DNA of 55,145 nt, filler included, from Bipalium vagum (GCA_037834085.1; 3 parts of 3 records of this genome joined end to end with filler, not necessarily neighbours in it); one strand, 5' to 3'. Counted from the whole stretch's first letter, positions 15,428 through 29,574 are shown. Made by a program: numbers and translations. Notes: generated by a model from the sequence alone, not told the origin.

Positions 15428-15531
15428 ATGGAACGAATTCCGAACAACTTAGGTAAGCTGACTTGGCAATTTGGATTTCAAGCCGTTATCAGTGCTGATT
15501 AAAATGAATTATTCGTTTAGTCAAAGAAAAG
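15428..15531 (+). CDS. Probable 5' end of an unidentified gene: exon 15428-15452 (MERIPNNL) and 11-nt microexon 15521-15531 (VKEK)
   Basis: ATG in an AAATGG context, consensus donors AG|GTAAGC and AG|GTAAGT, acceptor TTTAG, consistent phases. No downstream exon was found before the assembly gap. Confidence 0.45.
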
Positions 15532-16479
15532 GTAAGTGAAAAAGTAAAATTCTTCTCCAATCTCAAATTACATTTACCAACTAAGCTTTTTCAATTAGAC
15601 AAAATAATCACATGGGCCTTTTGTAAAACAATACATTAAGAAAGAACAGCAAATGATTATTAGGCCAGTGACAGCAATAAAATATTGATGAATATTCACT
15701 ATAATAATAATAATCTTTATCAATTTGAAACATGCCACACAAGTTTTACGACTGATAAAAAGTCTTATTTGATTGCAAATACAGCTTCAAATTAATTTTA
15801 ACATATGTTAAAGATGATATTCGTGTTCAGTTAAGAATTGATTCCTAGAATAATCTTGAGCTTATCCTATGAGCATGGAAAGTTAATTTTTCCATTTGAG
15901 TAAAAATTTTTCTTTATATTTGGTCTTATTAAAACTTCTTTTAATTTTGTTTATTAAAGTAATTTAAAATTTTTAGTAATCAAATCTCCAATAATTCGTA
16001 TTTTAACTATTAGTTAGTGGAACTTTTATTAAAAAATAAATTATTGAAAATATTAGTCCCTTCGTATTTTTTAAAAAGATTTTTATGTCAGTAACTCAAT
16101 TTTCTATCATTTGAAGAATATTTATTATAATTAAATACATTTATGTTTTAATGTATTATAAAAAATGATTACATTATACCCTTGTAACCTTACATTTTGA
16201 ATATAGTCTTATAACTATTTGTGATTTGCAAGCGGAGTAAATATTATTACGATATATTAAAATATTAAAAGTTGGGTAATTTTGCAGATTACATTCGTAA
16301 ATATATTATTTTATATAGTAAACACTAATTATATAAAACATATCTTTAATTTTGTTAACTAAATTCAACTAAATGAATAGTAGGATTTAAAAACGTACGT
16401 CGTTATCCTTTCCCTCACTAATGATTTGTGTTAATGAAAGAAAACTAATCAAAATCGACAATAAAACAGGAAAATTAGA

Positions 16480-16890
16480 ATTTTTCTGTTGACCAGTGAT
16501 TGTTGTTGAATTTTAAGGTCTACATAAACATTATGAAGCATATTGCAGTAGATATCAGATAATATTGTTTGGCCTCGTTTGAGAAACTCAATGTACATTA
16601 CACCAGACGTGGACCACCAAAAACTTACTATTGTCTTCCTGAAATGAATGTCTCGTTTTGCAATTTCCTACAGGCTCACTCGTATCAAGCCATTCTCAAA
16701 ACCGACGAGAATTGTCATAAATGATCCACTTTTTATCACTGGTGATAATTTTGTTCAAAAAGGTTCATTGCTGTTGCGTAATTACCAAAGGAGTGCAAAT
16801 ACTCAAACGCTGGTTGTGTTCGACAAAATTAATTAAATGAACTGAGAAAACGATTTTGGTTTAATACTTTTATTTGAAATTAATTTGCAG
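16480..16890 (-). mobile_element. Decayed mariner transposase fragment
   Basis: The minus strand reads LNKIITSDKKWIIYDN...SFWWSTSGVMYIEFLKRGQTILSDIYC (first catalytic-D region) with stops and frameshifts. Boundaries approximate. Confidence 0.75.
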
Positions 16891-16898
16891 GTTATTAT

Positions 16899-16998
16899 NN
16901 NNNNNNNNNNNNNNNNNNNNNNNNNNNNNNNNNNNNNNNNNNTTAATTAATTAANNNNNNNNNNNNNNNNNNNNNNNNNNNNNNNNNNNNNNNNNNNN
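16899..16998. other. Assembly gap / contig spacer
   Basis: 44 N + TTAATTAATTAA (stops in all six frames) + 44 N. Confidence 0.97.
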
Positions 16999-19565
16999 AT
17001 ATTAATCAGCTGAAAAATTAATAAAAAAATTTTAATTAAGTTAAAGATTCAGCCGAGGAAACGCATTCAAAATAAAATAATTCTTTATTACAGTCGAAAT
17101 CGGTAAACATCATCTAGTTTTATGTTACAGTCTGCTTAATATTACCATCCTAATCAATGAAAATATATCGTTTAATACAAAATTATTATACCATAATCCG
17201 TTTAATGTCACAATTATTTTAAAAATATTCTGAATATTCGCTTAATACCACATTTAAATTAAAGATTTTTTAAAAAATAAGTAACTTGTATTTTTTATAT
17301 AAATATTTTTAATTTACAATCACATTAAAAAGAAGTCTAGTTCAATGTCGATATTAAATAAAGTTTAATTAGTTTCAGTATTTCTAAACTTTAGTATGAA
17401 AACACGAACAGATCTTATGATAATAGCAAAAATGAGATATTCTATCTGCTTATCAAAGAATTTCAAAATTATTTGCAAAGATATTAAAAATTTCTCCGTT
17501 CACTGTAAGCAAAATTTTTAAAACCTCAACAGTTTTCCTTCAAAAATACCCTGTGTACATTATAACAGAAAAAGACTAACAACTAATTATTTAAAAAAGA
17601 ATTTTCAAAAAGATAATAAACGTTTTTGGTAATAGAAGTAAGGTTACATAATAATTAAGAATGAAAAAGAAAAATTTTTGTTCCCTATCCAAGGATCATT
17701 AAACTTTTGGTTTTGAGAAATGTTTTAACTGAAAATGTTTACGAATTTGGAAGAAATCATAAAATTATTCTTTTTTGCTTGTTGCTTTTTATTTTGATAA
17801 TGGTTAGTGCAAACCCGAGAATATGAATAAAGGTTTTAATTAGGATAAAGGTAAAATGGTGACTTCCATGTGAAGCCAAAGACAAACTTGCCGAAAAATG
17901 CAAAAAATAATCTATTTGAAAGGAAAATAATCATTATTTTATCAACCAGGTTAAATGAAGAAATAAGCGAATATGAATGAAAATATAAAAATAAATAACA
18001 AAGGATAGTTAAGAAAGATGAACAAATTACAATAAAATATATATTGATATAGTTGGCCTGCACTTTCTCTAGTAAAACCGGAGCTCATATGGTGAAAAAT
18101 GTCAAGTCACATCATATTAAATAAATGATGGACAAATTAACTGTAAACATTTTAAAATAATTCTAATTCGATGTCATTTTCTGATTACAGTTGATATTTC
18201 CAATATTAACAAATAAGACAAACAACCACCAGGAACATTTATAATAATTTACCAAAGGAATTCAGCTGCTATTTTTTCCACTTTAACCTAACATAAATAC
18301 AGAATTTATTTATTGATGATTTCTTCTGTTTGAACATTATAAATACATTACTTTAATTAAAAATCATATCTTTTAATGTCTGAATAAAATAAAGAGATTC
18401 TCCATCAACATTTTCTTTAAATTAATAAAAATTAACAATCGTAAAATATTTTTATTTAATTTTATTATACGTTTTCGTTTTAGATTTAAGCTGTTGATTA
18501 ATTATTATAATAAAGTTTCATTTGACTTTGTTGATTATATTTCATTAGTGTGATTAAAAAATTTCCTTGGATTTTTTACCATATTCCCTGTGAAATGTTG
18601 AAAAAATAAAATAAACAGGATCTTTGATCTGCTTTATGATAAAGTCTGGAACATATATTATTATTTTTGAATTAGTTACACACTTTTATCATTATCTCAT
18701 AATCGATATTTTTTCACTTTTTTACGAATAAACAATTTCTTACACTTTATTTAGTATAATAAAATTTCAATGGTACGATTATTTTTTATTTTTGATAACA
18801 TCTTTTTAATTAAAATAAATACTCAGAATATTCAATTTGTTTGATATGAAATATTATTTTTTGGACACGTATTTATTGGAAATTAATTAAAATTATTTAT
18901 GAGAATATTTTATCATTTAATTTAATTTTTTAATAAGAATGTAGCCGAAATGAACAATTTTCTTTCCATTACGTAAATATGTATAATTAAGTTTTTCAAC
19001 GATTTTCATTTACAAAAAATTCTCGGTTATTTAAATATTATGGTTATTATAATATTAAATATGGTTATTAAAAAATATTCAATTGTGACTTTAATTAATT
19101 TAAAAGCATATTAAAAATTAAAAGTAACTTTTAGTAAATATCTTAACTCTAAAATATTATAATATAAATATGCATTAAAAATGAGAATAAAGTAAAATGC
19201 ACTTTGTATATTTTTATATTTTCGATGAACCACTGTTACCGGTTACCTTGTTTAGTGATTTACACACAACTTACATTTATAGACATTATGATTAAAAAAA
19301 CATACAACATAACTTTAAAACTTTTAATTTTAAAATTAGACAACCCAGAAATCTTGTTAAGACATTCTAATAATATTTACAACAAATTAAAAATTAGAAA
19401 TAATTTATAATTTTAATAGAAATCATTAAATATTAATGAAAACCTTAAATTTTAAGATCTGTTTCTCTTCAGAAGGCAAAGAAGAAAGATGTAATAAACA
19501 AATCCATAATTATTTATTATACTTCTTAAAGGTAGACTAAAGATCATTAAATTGAATATTATATG

Positions 19566-19680
19566 TGTTAGTTGAAAATTAATCGGAGATACCGGGATTC
19601 GAACCCGGAACCTTCACATGCGCATGGACTGCTCCGTCCACTGAGCAACATCTTGAGAAATTTATCTAGTTTCTTGAACA
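19566..19680 (-). mobile_element. tRNA-Ala-core TG...CA element, copy 1 (diverged)
   Basis: 115 bp. Shares the TGTTAG.TGAAAATTAATCGGAGATACCGGGATTCGAACCCGG start and the CACATGCGCATG core with copies 2 and 3, and ends in ACA at the equivalent position. Flanks atatg/atttt match only 3 of 5. Confidence 0.8.
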
Positions 19681-21562
19681 ATTTTAGCTTTAACTTTAAT
19701 TTTTCTTGTCGAACTTATTTTAGTACATTATTAAAAAAATGTATTTATTTTTCTGGTTACACTTAATTTTTGAGAATTCAAAACCCAATACCTTTTGATA
19801 AACCGAGTTATATATCTTGTTGACTGTATTTGTGAACATCCTTGATGGTTTTGGTGTAATAATAAGTTCTAACAGCTTTTCTTCGTAACAAAATCAAGTT
19901 GTATGAAAGTTCTAAAATGCACTTCTATGCACTTTAGTATCCTCTAATACCTTATATTTTGAAAGTGTGAAAGAGGGAATGGTGATCGTAGACCAATCTC
20001 TACGATTATATCAAGAGACGGCTATTCCCAGAAATTTGCCTAGCAAACATCAAAAATTAGAGAAAATTATATTTTAATTGTTGCAGAAAATTACTTTGTT
20101 CCAGATAATTAGTCCAGTTTCCAGAGGAGAAAATCACATTGGTTTCAGTAATCTTTGATTTGATTGGATCTAGAGGACGATTCGGGGATTCCTTGTCGTT
20201 ACTAGTGAAATTGTATTTTGTTTTCTTTTAATTTTATTTCTTTCCTTTTGTGATTATCTCTTGACATTTATCCTAAAATTATTTAACCATATTATTAATA
20301 TTCATTTTGTGTTTGGCGATTATCTTTTAACGAGGTGACTGAAACGATATTGATTTTTGTTATTCGAAATAGGGTTGGTTTTTTTGTTTTATTTGATAAT
20401 CAGATATTAAAACGAGTTTGTTGTTAAATTTTCAATAAACTTTTACTGTGATTGGTTTTGATTCAATTAGGGTGCGAATAAACTATTATTGTGGGAGTTT
20501 TGATTCAACAGAGTTAAATTTTGTAGCTATAATAGTGAACGAACACAATATTTCATAGTGAGGGGTTATTGATTTGCGAGCGAAAGTTACTTTGATAAGG
20601 TATAATGGTTTGTTACACCAAAGAAATCTGGTAATCCTTTTTAGTTCTCAATCTGAATCCTTTTCTTGAATATATAATAATAACTTCTCACTGAACCTTT
20701 ATAAGTTGGTCATCTAATTAATTAAAAAAAAAATTTTATTGATTTTTAATTTTAATTTTATTTGCTAGGATACCCATGACATATTTTAATAAAAATAATA
20801 ATAGTTTTTCTGTAAGAATTATTTCTTTAGTATCACATGTTTACAAATAGGTACAATTGATGGAAGACTCTCACAATAAGCTTTCATTCTGAATTAAACA
20901 TCAAATTTATAAATATTTTATTTAAATAATAGCAATACTAAACTTATCATAAATGCTGCTTATTTTCCTAATAATAGAGCAGTCTGATAATATTCTGCAT
21001 TTTTACTTATATTATGATAATTATTCTTTTTATTATACAACTATATGAAATTATTAAGTTTGATACACAGAACAGATTCCTATAATTTTAAAAAGCAATT
21101 ATTTAAGTTGTTCAAATAATATTATTAATCATAATAAAACAAAGATAATAATTCCCAGGGAAAATAGACAATTACTAATAATAAGAATAGTGAAGGCACA
21201 CCATATGACATATAATTTAAGAATTTATTTTTATTTCAACATTTCTTTATTGAAAAATGAAGAAAATGATTCTAATTTCGTAGATCTAATGATTCTAATT
21301 TCCTTTTTTAAAAAATTCGCCTCTTACCATATATTAATAGTTACATCACTTTTACACTCAAATTTCTTTTATCAATATTGTAACTGTTTAAAATTGTATA
21401 CAATTGTATCGGGACCAGCAAAGACATTTTTCATGAAATTTAAATTCAGAAAATCTCAAAATGGAAATTTTTTCAAGAATAATCAAATATTTGAAGTACA
21501 TTTTTGGTTCACGAAAGTACCAAGAAAGTCATCAAATCATTGATACAATAAATGTGTTCTTT

Positions 21563-21738
21563 GAATCATAAAAGAACTCAAATTTCTTCCAAGGCGACAG
21601 TTTTTTGTTATCAGAACGTTGGCAATTAATTGCTAATTTTGATGGTTCATATTTGTCTACATATATATAATTTTTCCATGCTACATTGTTTAAAAATTTA
21701 TTGAAAAAAAAAGTAACGACTAATTGAAAACCCTAATA
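21563..21738 (+). mobile_element. Mariner 3' fragment with terminal repeat
   Basis: FFQ...LSERWQLIANFDGSY (mariner C-terminus) followed by a TIR-like end ...GAAAACCCTAA-TA. Confidence 0.6.
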
Positions 21739-22021
21739 TCTCACATACGTATTTGTAATGGCGTCTACATGTTTTGCACAAAGTCAGCGTGATTTTTCTA
21801 TTCCGTATACCTGTAAGTCATTAATAATTACTGTCAGTCTAAATCATATTTATTCCCCAAATAATTATTTTATGTTAAAAACATTAAGAACCCCATATTG
21901 GTAAATAAAATAATAAAACCAGAATAAACTTCATTTAGATTTCCATATATAATTTCTTATGAGTTTGAATCAAAAGGCTGAGAAAAAAATTAAGTGTTTA
22001 TGTCTGGTCAGAGATGTAATA

Positions 22022-23117
22022 CGTGGTTTGTTCAATAATGCCTCAGACTGACTAAGAAAAAACATGATAAACCAATCAAGCCAATTGGTTTGAACACCTA
22101 CACGTATGTTTGTTTATATGCATATGGCCGTGAAAGTAGGCACCAGGATTATTCCAATGTTGGCAGACCAACTGAAATTTTCGATCAGAAAATTTCGCAA
22201 TGTGAGGCGTTTAGTCGAGCTGAAAGATAAATTAAGGTGGGTGAAATTCCTGAATTACTTAAGATAAGTGTTGGCAGTTGTCACAGCATCATTGGGAAAT
22301 TAGGGTATCGCAAATTATGCTCACGATTTATTCAAAAAATTCTATCTCCTGACATGAAGGAAATGTGCCTCAACTGCACATTGTCAAATTTGCAACTGTT
22401 GAATTAATACGGTGATGCATTTATTAATAATATTGTTACTGAGGACGAAACGCCTCTTTCTTTATACTTACCTGAAACCAAACCGGAATCATCTGAATGG
22501 AGACATGTAGAAGGGAAACCTCCTCTGAAGATGAGAAGTGGCGCCTCACATCAAAAACAACTGATGCTTTCAGTGTTTTGGGACAAAAGTGGAGTCATTC
22601 ATCTAAACTTCTTGCCCAATGGAGAAATAATAAATGTTCAATACTATACCAAATTGGTTGAGGAATGCCGTGCAAAGAAATATAAATCAAGAAATTTTCT
22701 ACTTTGGCTCCTTGTTGATAATGCTTCTGTCCATGAAAACAATGTTGCACGATGTTCAACAGAAAAAGTGGTTTTGCACTTCTCCAACATCCAGCTTACA
22801 GCCCGGACCTTGCTCCAAGCGATGTCTTTTTGTTCAAGCACCTGAAGAAAGCATTACGTGGCCATCATTTTGGAACATCAGATGCACTCCAGTAATTTGT
22901 TGAACAGTGGTTTGCAGAGCTTCCTGGACATTTTTATGCTGATGCATTTTAAGATTTGGTTATTCGATGGATTAAGCTGGTTGCTGCCAATGGTAGTTAT
23001 ATTGAAAAATAATTAAAGTTTTTTTTCGAACTAGTACTTCATGTAGTTCAATAAAAGTTGTTTCAGTATTTTGGGCTGTTTTTTTGCTTAGTTAGTTCGA
23101 GGCATATTCGTGACATA
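22022..23117 (+). mobile_element. Decayed mariner (DD34D-type) transposon
   Basis: Degenerate TIRs (ATGCCTCAGACTGACTAAG versus CTTAGTTAGTTCGAGGCAT). Transposase motifs GRPT, LGYRKLCSRFI, IVTEDET, MLSVFWDKSGVIH, VDNASVH, HPAYSPDLAPSD, RWIKLVAANGSYIEK, broken by stops and a frameshift. Confidence 0.92.
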
Positions 23118-25914
23118 TTTTAAAATCTGTAGCACTCTTCAATGATTCATCAAATCTTGTAACTGGAAAAAATGGATTTAAGCAGATAGGCACTTTCAAT
23201 GGATAAAAAAAATTATCTAAAACAATTCATTCTAACAAAAGCCTGTTTTATTAATTAGAGATCAGTTCTATTGTCATTTTGAATAAAAAATCTTAGCACA
23301 ATAAAATTTTTCTTTTCATTTTGCATCTGAGATGATATAATATTATGTTATAACAGTTAATATAATTTTCTTAAATGAATTTGAATTTCTATCATTTCTG
23401 TTCACAAATTTTCTTTATTTGTTAGGTCGAATAATAAGCTTAAGAGAAAGATTAACTGGTCCATTTAAGTTAAAATTTAAGCTTTATTAAAAAGTATTTT
23501 TCGCTTTTCTATTGAAAAAGCAATTTTCTTCATAATTAATTCAAATAAGTAAAAACTTTCTCTAAGTCAAGAAAAAACGGTTGATTAGTTTGATTTCAGT
23601 CAGCGATTTCCTCGTCCCAAATAAATAACGAATGCTTATTAAATCCAAATTAATCTTACTGAACAAGATTGGAGACTGGAGCTAAATGAATTATTATTGA
23701 ATTTTTACTAGGAAACTGTAAAATAGTTTCGTGAAACTTTCCAAAATAAATTCTAACCTATGATGAAAATATTTTTGATGTTGGCAATAAATTGTTTTAA
23801 TAGGAATATAGTTGAATAACCTGATATTTCCCAATGGAAAAATTGACAATGAGTTTGATAAAACACATTCCGTGCATCTGATTAAAACATATTTGTCAGT
23901 GTCAGCCGTCCGACAATTAAAATGATTAATCTTGCCTTCAACAGTGGTTGCATGACACGAAAGGTCCAAATTGCCAGGGTTATTGTTTTGCATATTCATG
24001 TTAATATTAAAAAAGTGGAACACTTTTTACATGGTTTCTTTTACATTATTAACATTTAAAATGTTTTGGATAATTAAAGTTAAAAATTTTCAAATTGAAT
24101 AGCGGGAGAATTTATCAAATATAAATATATTAAAAATATAAAAATAATGACAATAAATGTTTTCAAGTAATCAGTAATTACTCAATTTCATAAACCAAAA
24201 GATTATTTAGATTGGTTTTCATTAAATAAAATTCTTACTTTAATAAACATAATTTTGAAAGTATTTTATCTGAATATGTATTCTTCAAATTATAAATAAA
24301 TTATTAATAAATAAATATTAAAAAATAAATAAATTATATATAAAAGTAAATAAATAAAGATAAAATTTTCAATTAAAGATAAATTCAATAATAAAGTAAA
24401 TAACGAAAAAATACAAAAGCCAGAATGCGATGAGTCTTTTAGTGAGTCTAAAAGTATTAAAAAAATGAAATGTAATAAACAAAATTAAAATAATTATAAT
24501 AAATTATCATTATATAAGAATAGTAATGATAAAAGTAAATAAAATTTTTAAAATAATTTTTATAAAATCAATTAATTTTTTTAGTGTGTTTTACCTCAAT
24601 TAAAAAATGAAAAACAAAATGTTGATAAATGATTATGCTTTTTTATTTTTGAATTAAACATAAGCTTTAAGATTCTTTATATAATAAAATATGTAAAATA
24701 TTGTGTTACAAATTAGTATAAATTTTATTAAATACAATCATATTTAAGTTTCTAACCGCCGTCCATAATTTTTTATATAAATATTTACAAAAGAAAATTA
24801 TCAATATATTAACCACGGTACTAATCAAGATAAAATAATTAACACATTAATAAAGTGCATATAAAGACTTTAATAAAAAGATATGAATGAATAAAAACAG
24901 GAAGCCCCCAGAAATACGTGCTTGGATTTTTAGGGCTTAATTTTGATTTTGTTATCAGATCTACAATCTGATTTTCGAAATAAATTTCACACCGGTTCTT
25001 ATTCTTATTTTTAAAGGTTATTGATTTAATTTATTGACATCTGATTACAGATTCAGTTCGATTAGAGAATTTTATTAAATTGAATTTTTTAAAGCATTTT
25101 ACTCATTTGTTTTGCCAATTTAATTTTTAAAATTTACTTTCTGTTATTTTATTTAATAAAATTTGCATTTCTTTCATTAATGAATTCCGTAAAGGCTTTC
25201 TTTCCAAACTTATGTATAACTGGGGAAATGGTAAGAAGTAAATACATTTATTTGCAAAATAAATCAAAAGAAATTTTGGAAGGACAAAAATAATAAAAAT
25301 TGGATGATTCGATGGAAAATAAAATATGAAATTCTATCAAAAAATCTTAGTGGAAAATATTCTTCTATAATCCTGTGGGTTATAGATACATTGTAAAGTA
25401 CATTCATTTTTTCAAATTAGGACCAATAAAACTTTTAAATTGTGGTGAATGCAGAGTTTTGCTATTAATATTGAATTATTACTGATAAAAACTTATATAA
25501 AATGCTGGTAAGAAATTAAAAGAAAGTCACAAGCCACTCAAATGTAAAGTGTTTAAATGAATAAAATCACATTTAAAACTTATTGGTGAAAAAGGATCAA
25601 CAAGGAAACAAATTCATATTCATATGATATGGTCGTAAATTAAATTAAAGTAAAACCATTATAAAACTCCAAAATTAAGTTTACTTAAATTAAAAAATAA
25701 TAATAATGTTTAGGTATTCATTTTAAGACAAATTTCCAACAAATATAATTTTAAGTATAAATTAATTATAAAAGTCTTTCAAGATCTTTACCAAAAATAT
25801 ATTTTGCTAGAAAATTAGTTGAGCATTTAAACAAAATAAATTTAGTTTACTTCAATATATTAATAATAATATTATAAAATTCATATTTTTATTGAATTAA
25901 ATTAAATTGGTAAA

Positions 25915-27361
25915 ATGTCAAAAATCCTTTATATATCATTTTTTATTAGTCAAACACTCTTAATTTCAGATGAGGTTAAAAGTCCAATAAGTATCAAGAC
26001 GTCGGACAACGTTTTTGGAGAAGATATACTAAAAACAACAAAGTTGAAATCAAACATTCATTTTCACGATTTTGAAACACGGTCTTCCAATATTTTCGTA
26101 ATAATAAGTTTATATTAATTTATATTAGTATATATTATTAATCGTTTTGATTTATTTTTATACTGAAAGAAACGAATGTAAATGAAAAATATAAGACAAC
26201 GAATGTATTATAAAATTGATTTAACGAGTCTTCCTTGCTTGTATTGATTATCAGGGGTTTGAGAAATATAAAATTTTATAATTCTATTTTTCTTATAATA
26301 ATGAATAAAATATTTTAAAAATTAATTAAAGTATACTTGATTTAGTTCGAATTTTGAAATGAATGATGTTTATTTTTTAAAAATATTAATTGGATGCATT
26401 TATCTCCAGGATTTTTTGAAGGTAGTTTACATTGTTTTTCCTAAAATCGAACTGGATTTGTTTTTATTGAATTAAAGGAATAGTTTTCAATTTCAGATAT
26501 TTTATTTTTTTTCTGTTCTTTAACCAAATATATGTGATAGAATTTTATTAAGCTAAAAATCATTCACTTAAAAATTGGTTTTTATTTTTGGAACTTGTTC
26601 CTTCGTAGAAATTTTTGCTTTTCAATGTCAAAAAATTTTTTTTGTCACTTTATTTACACAGAAGACCTTTCTCAATAATTATTAAATTTTCAAACAATTT
26701 CTTGTGAAAAAAACGTAAAAAACATATATTCTTTAACTATTCAAGGAATTAAAACAATTCAACAGAATTTAATTTATAAAAATCGATAAAATATAAATTT
26801 CGTAGCCGTAAAAACAATAAATTATACTTATTCCAATACTGACATCTTTCAAAAATATTTCTTAAAATTTTTAAAAATTGTATATAATTTATTCAATTCA
26901 TTCTTTTATATTATATTGATTTTCGTTCAGTTGCGAGATTCAAAATTGATTGTCAATATCACATTGCTCAACATCAATTTATTACCAACGTTTGAAGACA
27001 TTGATCATAAAAGTGATAACGACTTCATTCTGAATTCTTCTAAAGACAGTAATTTTTACCAATTGAAGAACCCATTGACAAACGTGATAAAAAACTATTG
27101 CAGGTGAGCTATATTTGACATATAATGATAAGTAGACTGAAAACGAAAACAACACTGCCCAATATATTTGATAAATATAAACAAAAAAACGAATATGCAA
27201 TTGTGGGTGGGCTGCAATTTCTTCAGAAGGGAACTGCATCAAACGAAATCATTACTGCTGCTGATGCTGTTGCTGGTGATATATTGTGGTCGTTTGCTAT
27301 GGCAGTAATAAATTCAAATAGTTCTTGGTCGGCTTTATTTTTCGAAAAAAACTCGTTATGA
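25915..27361 (+). CDS. Putative three-exon orphan protein (193 aa) with a signal-peptide-like N-terminus and a possibly SEA-like segment
   Basis: Exons 25915-26097, 26931-27103 and 27136-27361 join in frame via TTC|GTAATA...TTCAG and CAG|GTGAGC...GTAG (32-nt intron). Starts MSKILYISFFISQTLLIS and ends with TGA. No family confidently recognised. Confidence 0.5.
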
Positions 27362-27810
27362 TTCTCTAAATGCCGTTGTTTGTAGTTTTCTAGAACATTT
27401 AAATTCTAACGAAAAAAAAACGAAAAGAAAATAAATAATAAAATAGGGTTTCCTGTTTACTCTTTAAGTTTAAACGTTTGCTTGGAAATTCTTTTCTCTT
27501 ATAAATAATTGAGCGATTAATTGAAGAATAATGATTTTCTGCTCAAAGTTGATTAAAAGAAAAAAGTCTAAGAGGAATTAAAACATATATTTGGTTGTTT
27601 TGTTTGTATGTTTCATTAATTTCATTGTAATAATAGTTATTATTAGCGTTATTATCGTAAGGTTTACGTTCCAATAATACAATGAGCTTTTGATTTAGTC
27701 ATCATCGATTAAAGAAACTTTTCGATAAATTCAATTATTTTAATGTCAAAATATTTGATGTGATCAACAACATATACTTTTTTATATGTATTTCTAATAT
27801 TATTTAATTA

Positions 27811-28919
27811 TTAAGTCGACATAAGTAATGTAGTTTTTTATTAAAAACTTTAAATAACAAAAGAAGTCGCAGAACAGATATATTAACTAAATACATAAAC
27901 ACATTGTTGTCTACGATGTCACTCCATTTAGCCATCTTTATAAAAATCCTGTGTTTTGGAATCGAAGAAGTCTTGGGTGGCTATATTTAGAAGGCGCGAT
28001 GTCAGGACTATAAGCAGAATGAGATAACAGCTCCCAGCCGAAGTTCTTAATTTTCTGTAGCGCCTTCTTTATGGTGTGCGGTCGTTTCATATCAATCTGT
28101 CTAACTTGGCACAATACACATCCGCTGTTATCGTTTTACCTGGTTGCAAGAGTTCATAATGAATAACACCCCTAGTGGACCACCAAACACTTAATAATAC
28201 GTTTTTCCCATGAATATTTGGTTTTGGGGTGACTGTAAGTCTTTGTCCACATGAATGCTACTGCCTTTTACGACTAGAGTTGTCGTACATAACCCATTTC
28301 TCGTTATGATACGATTAAGAAAATTTTCATCTTTTTGTTTAGAAATCAATGTGTCGCAAATTGAATAACTCTTTTTTTTGGTCATAGGTAAGTTCGTGAG
28401 GCGCCCATATTCCTGCCTTGCTTTCTTTACCAATCTTCTTTAAATTTCGGAGAATTATTTCCCGATTGAATCCTAATTTCAAACTCATTTCAACTAGTGT
28501 TTGGCATGAGTTATCTTTGATAGATGTCTTAATAACCCCTGTGTCCACAGTAGTTGGCTTCCCTGATCTTAAAAGGTTTTACAAATCAAAATTAGCATTC
28601 CTAAATCGGGAAAACCATCTCTGACGTTTCTTGATAGAAAGAGTATTTGAATAAATTTTTTTGATTGACATGGTAGTCTCTGCTGCCGTTTTATCATGTT
28701 GAAATTCATATAGCATACAATGGCGCATGTTATTGGTATTTCATCTGCCATTTCTAAAGATTTAATGCATATAATCAAACAATTCAAAAAAAATATTAAA
28801 ACATTAAACTTACTTCGTAAATTCACCCAAAAAAAATATTAACTCGATATATTTAAACAAATTACTTATTGATTGAATACTAATTATTGAAAAACGATAT
28901 TACTTATGTGCCGACCTAA
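27811..28919 (-). mobile_element. Decayed, internally deleted mariner
   Basis: TIRs TTAAGTCGACATAAGTAATG... and ...ATTACTTATGTGCCGACCTAA, flanked by TA. Motifs RHCMLYEF, RWFSRFR, GIWAPHELT and HSAYSPDIAPS. Confidence 0.92.
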
Positions 28920-29092
28920 TAATTAATATTAAATATTATGATATTATGATTTAAAGTTGTCTTAATATTAAAATTTATAAAAATTGTTACGATTTTGTTT
29001 AAAATAATACGAAATGGTCATAGAATACCCCATAGAAAATCGATATTCTGCAGGAAATTAAAAACGGGACACAAATAAAAGTCTTTTGTATT

Positions 29093-29206
29093 TGTTAGTG
29101 AAAATTAATCGGAGATACTGGGATTTGAACCCGGGATCTTCACATGCGCATGCACTGCTCTGACCGCTGAGCTACATCCACCGGGTAATTTTCAATTTAT
29201 CTCACA
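29093..29206 (-). mobile_element. tRNA-Ala-core TG...CA element, copy 2
   Basis: 114 bp, TGTTAG...CTCACA, flanked by the exact direct repeat GTATT (29088-29092 and 29207-29211). The tRNA-like core is on the minus strand. Confidence 0.9.
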
Positions 29207-29574
29207 GTATTAAATATAATATGTAATATAACATTAAAAAATTCTACAATTTCAAAATTTAAAAAAAGAAGGACTACATAGAATCCAGTGCAGCATTTAT
29301 GTGAAATTCTAAAAATCAAATGCAGAAAAAAACAGTATTAGTTTCCAACATTGGAAAGATTATTGTATAAGTGGTTTTTGAAACAAAGATATATGAAAAT
29401 ATGGTAAGGAATGACATATCCAACTTACCTTTAGAGAGGTTTTTTAAAGGAAATGATGGATGGTTGAATATTTTTTTAAATAAACACGGTATTCATATCT
29501 TAACCATATCCCGTGATAAATTATATTGGGTACACTTTTTTTAGAACACTTTAGAAACAAAAAATACTTATTCT

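Larger units (their letters stand above)
17740..23900 (-). pseudogene. Possible SLC22/MFS-like transporter gene or pseudogene fragments
   Basis: Fragments in the expected order: FSIGKYQ|VRIYFG (about 23.85-23.75 kb), a hydrophobic stretch near 21.2 kb, LNSFGKIIINVPGGCLSYLLI (about 18.25 kb), the hydrophobic ORF 18063-17836 ending FAFFGKFVFGFTW, then LYSYS...FMISSKF. They cannot be joined into a clean ORF. Confidence 0.3.

Noticed and set aside
16943-16954. TTAATTAATTAA palindrome inside N runs (also 34043-34054)
   Set aside because: Identical artificial six-frame-stop spacer in both gaps, so not biological. Adjacency across the gaps is unproven.
26982-27242. 86-aa minus-strand ORF
   Set aside because: Antisense to the better-supported spliced plus-strand gene.
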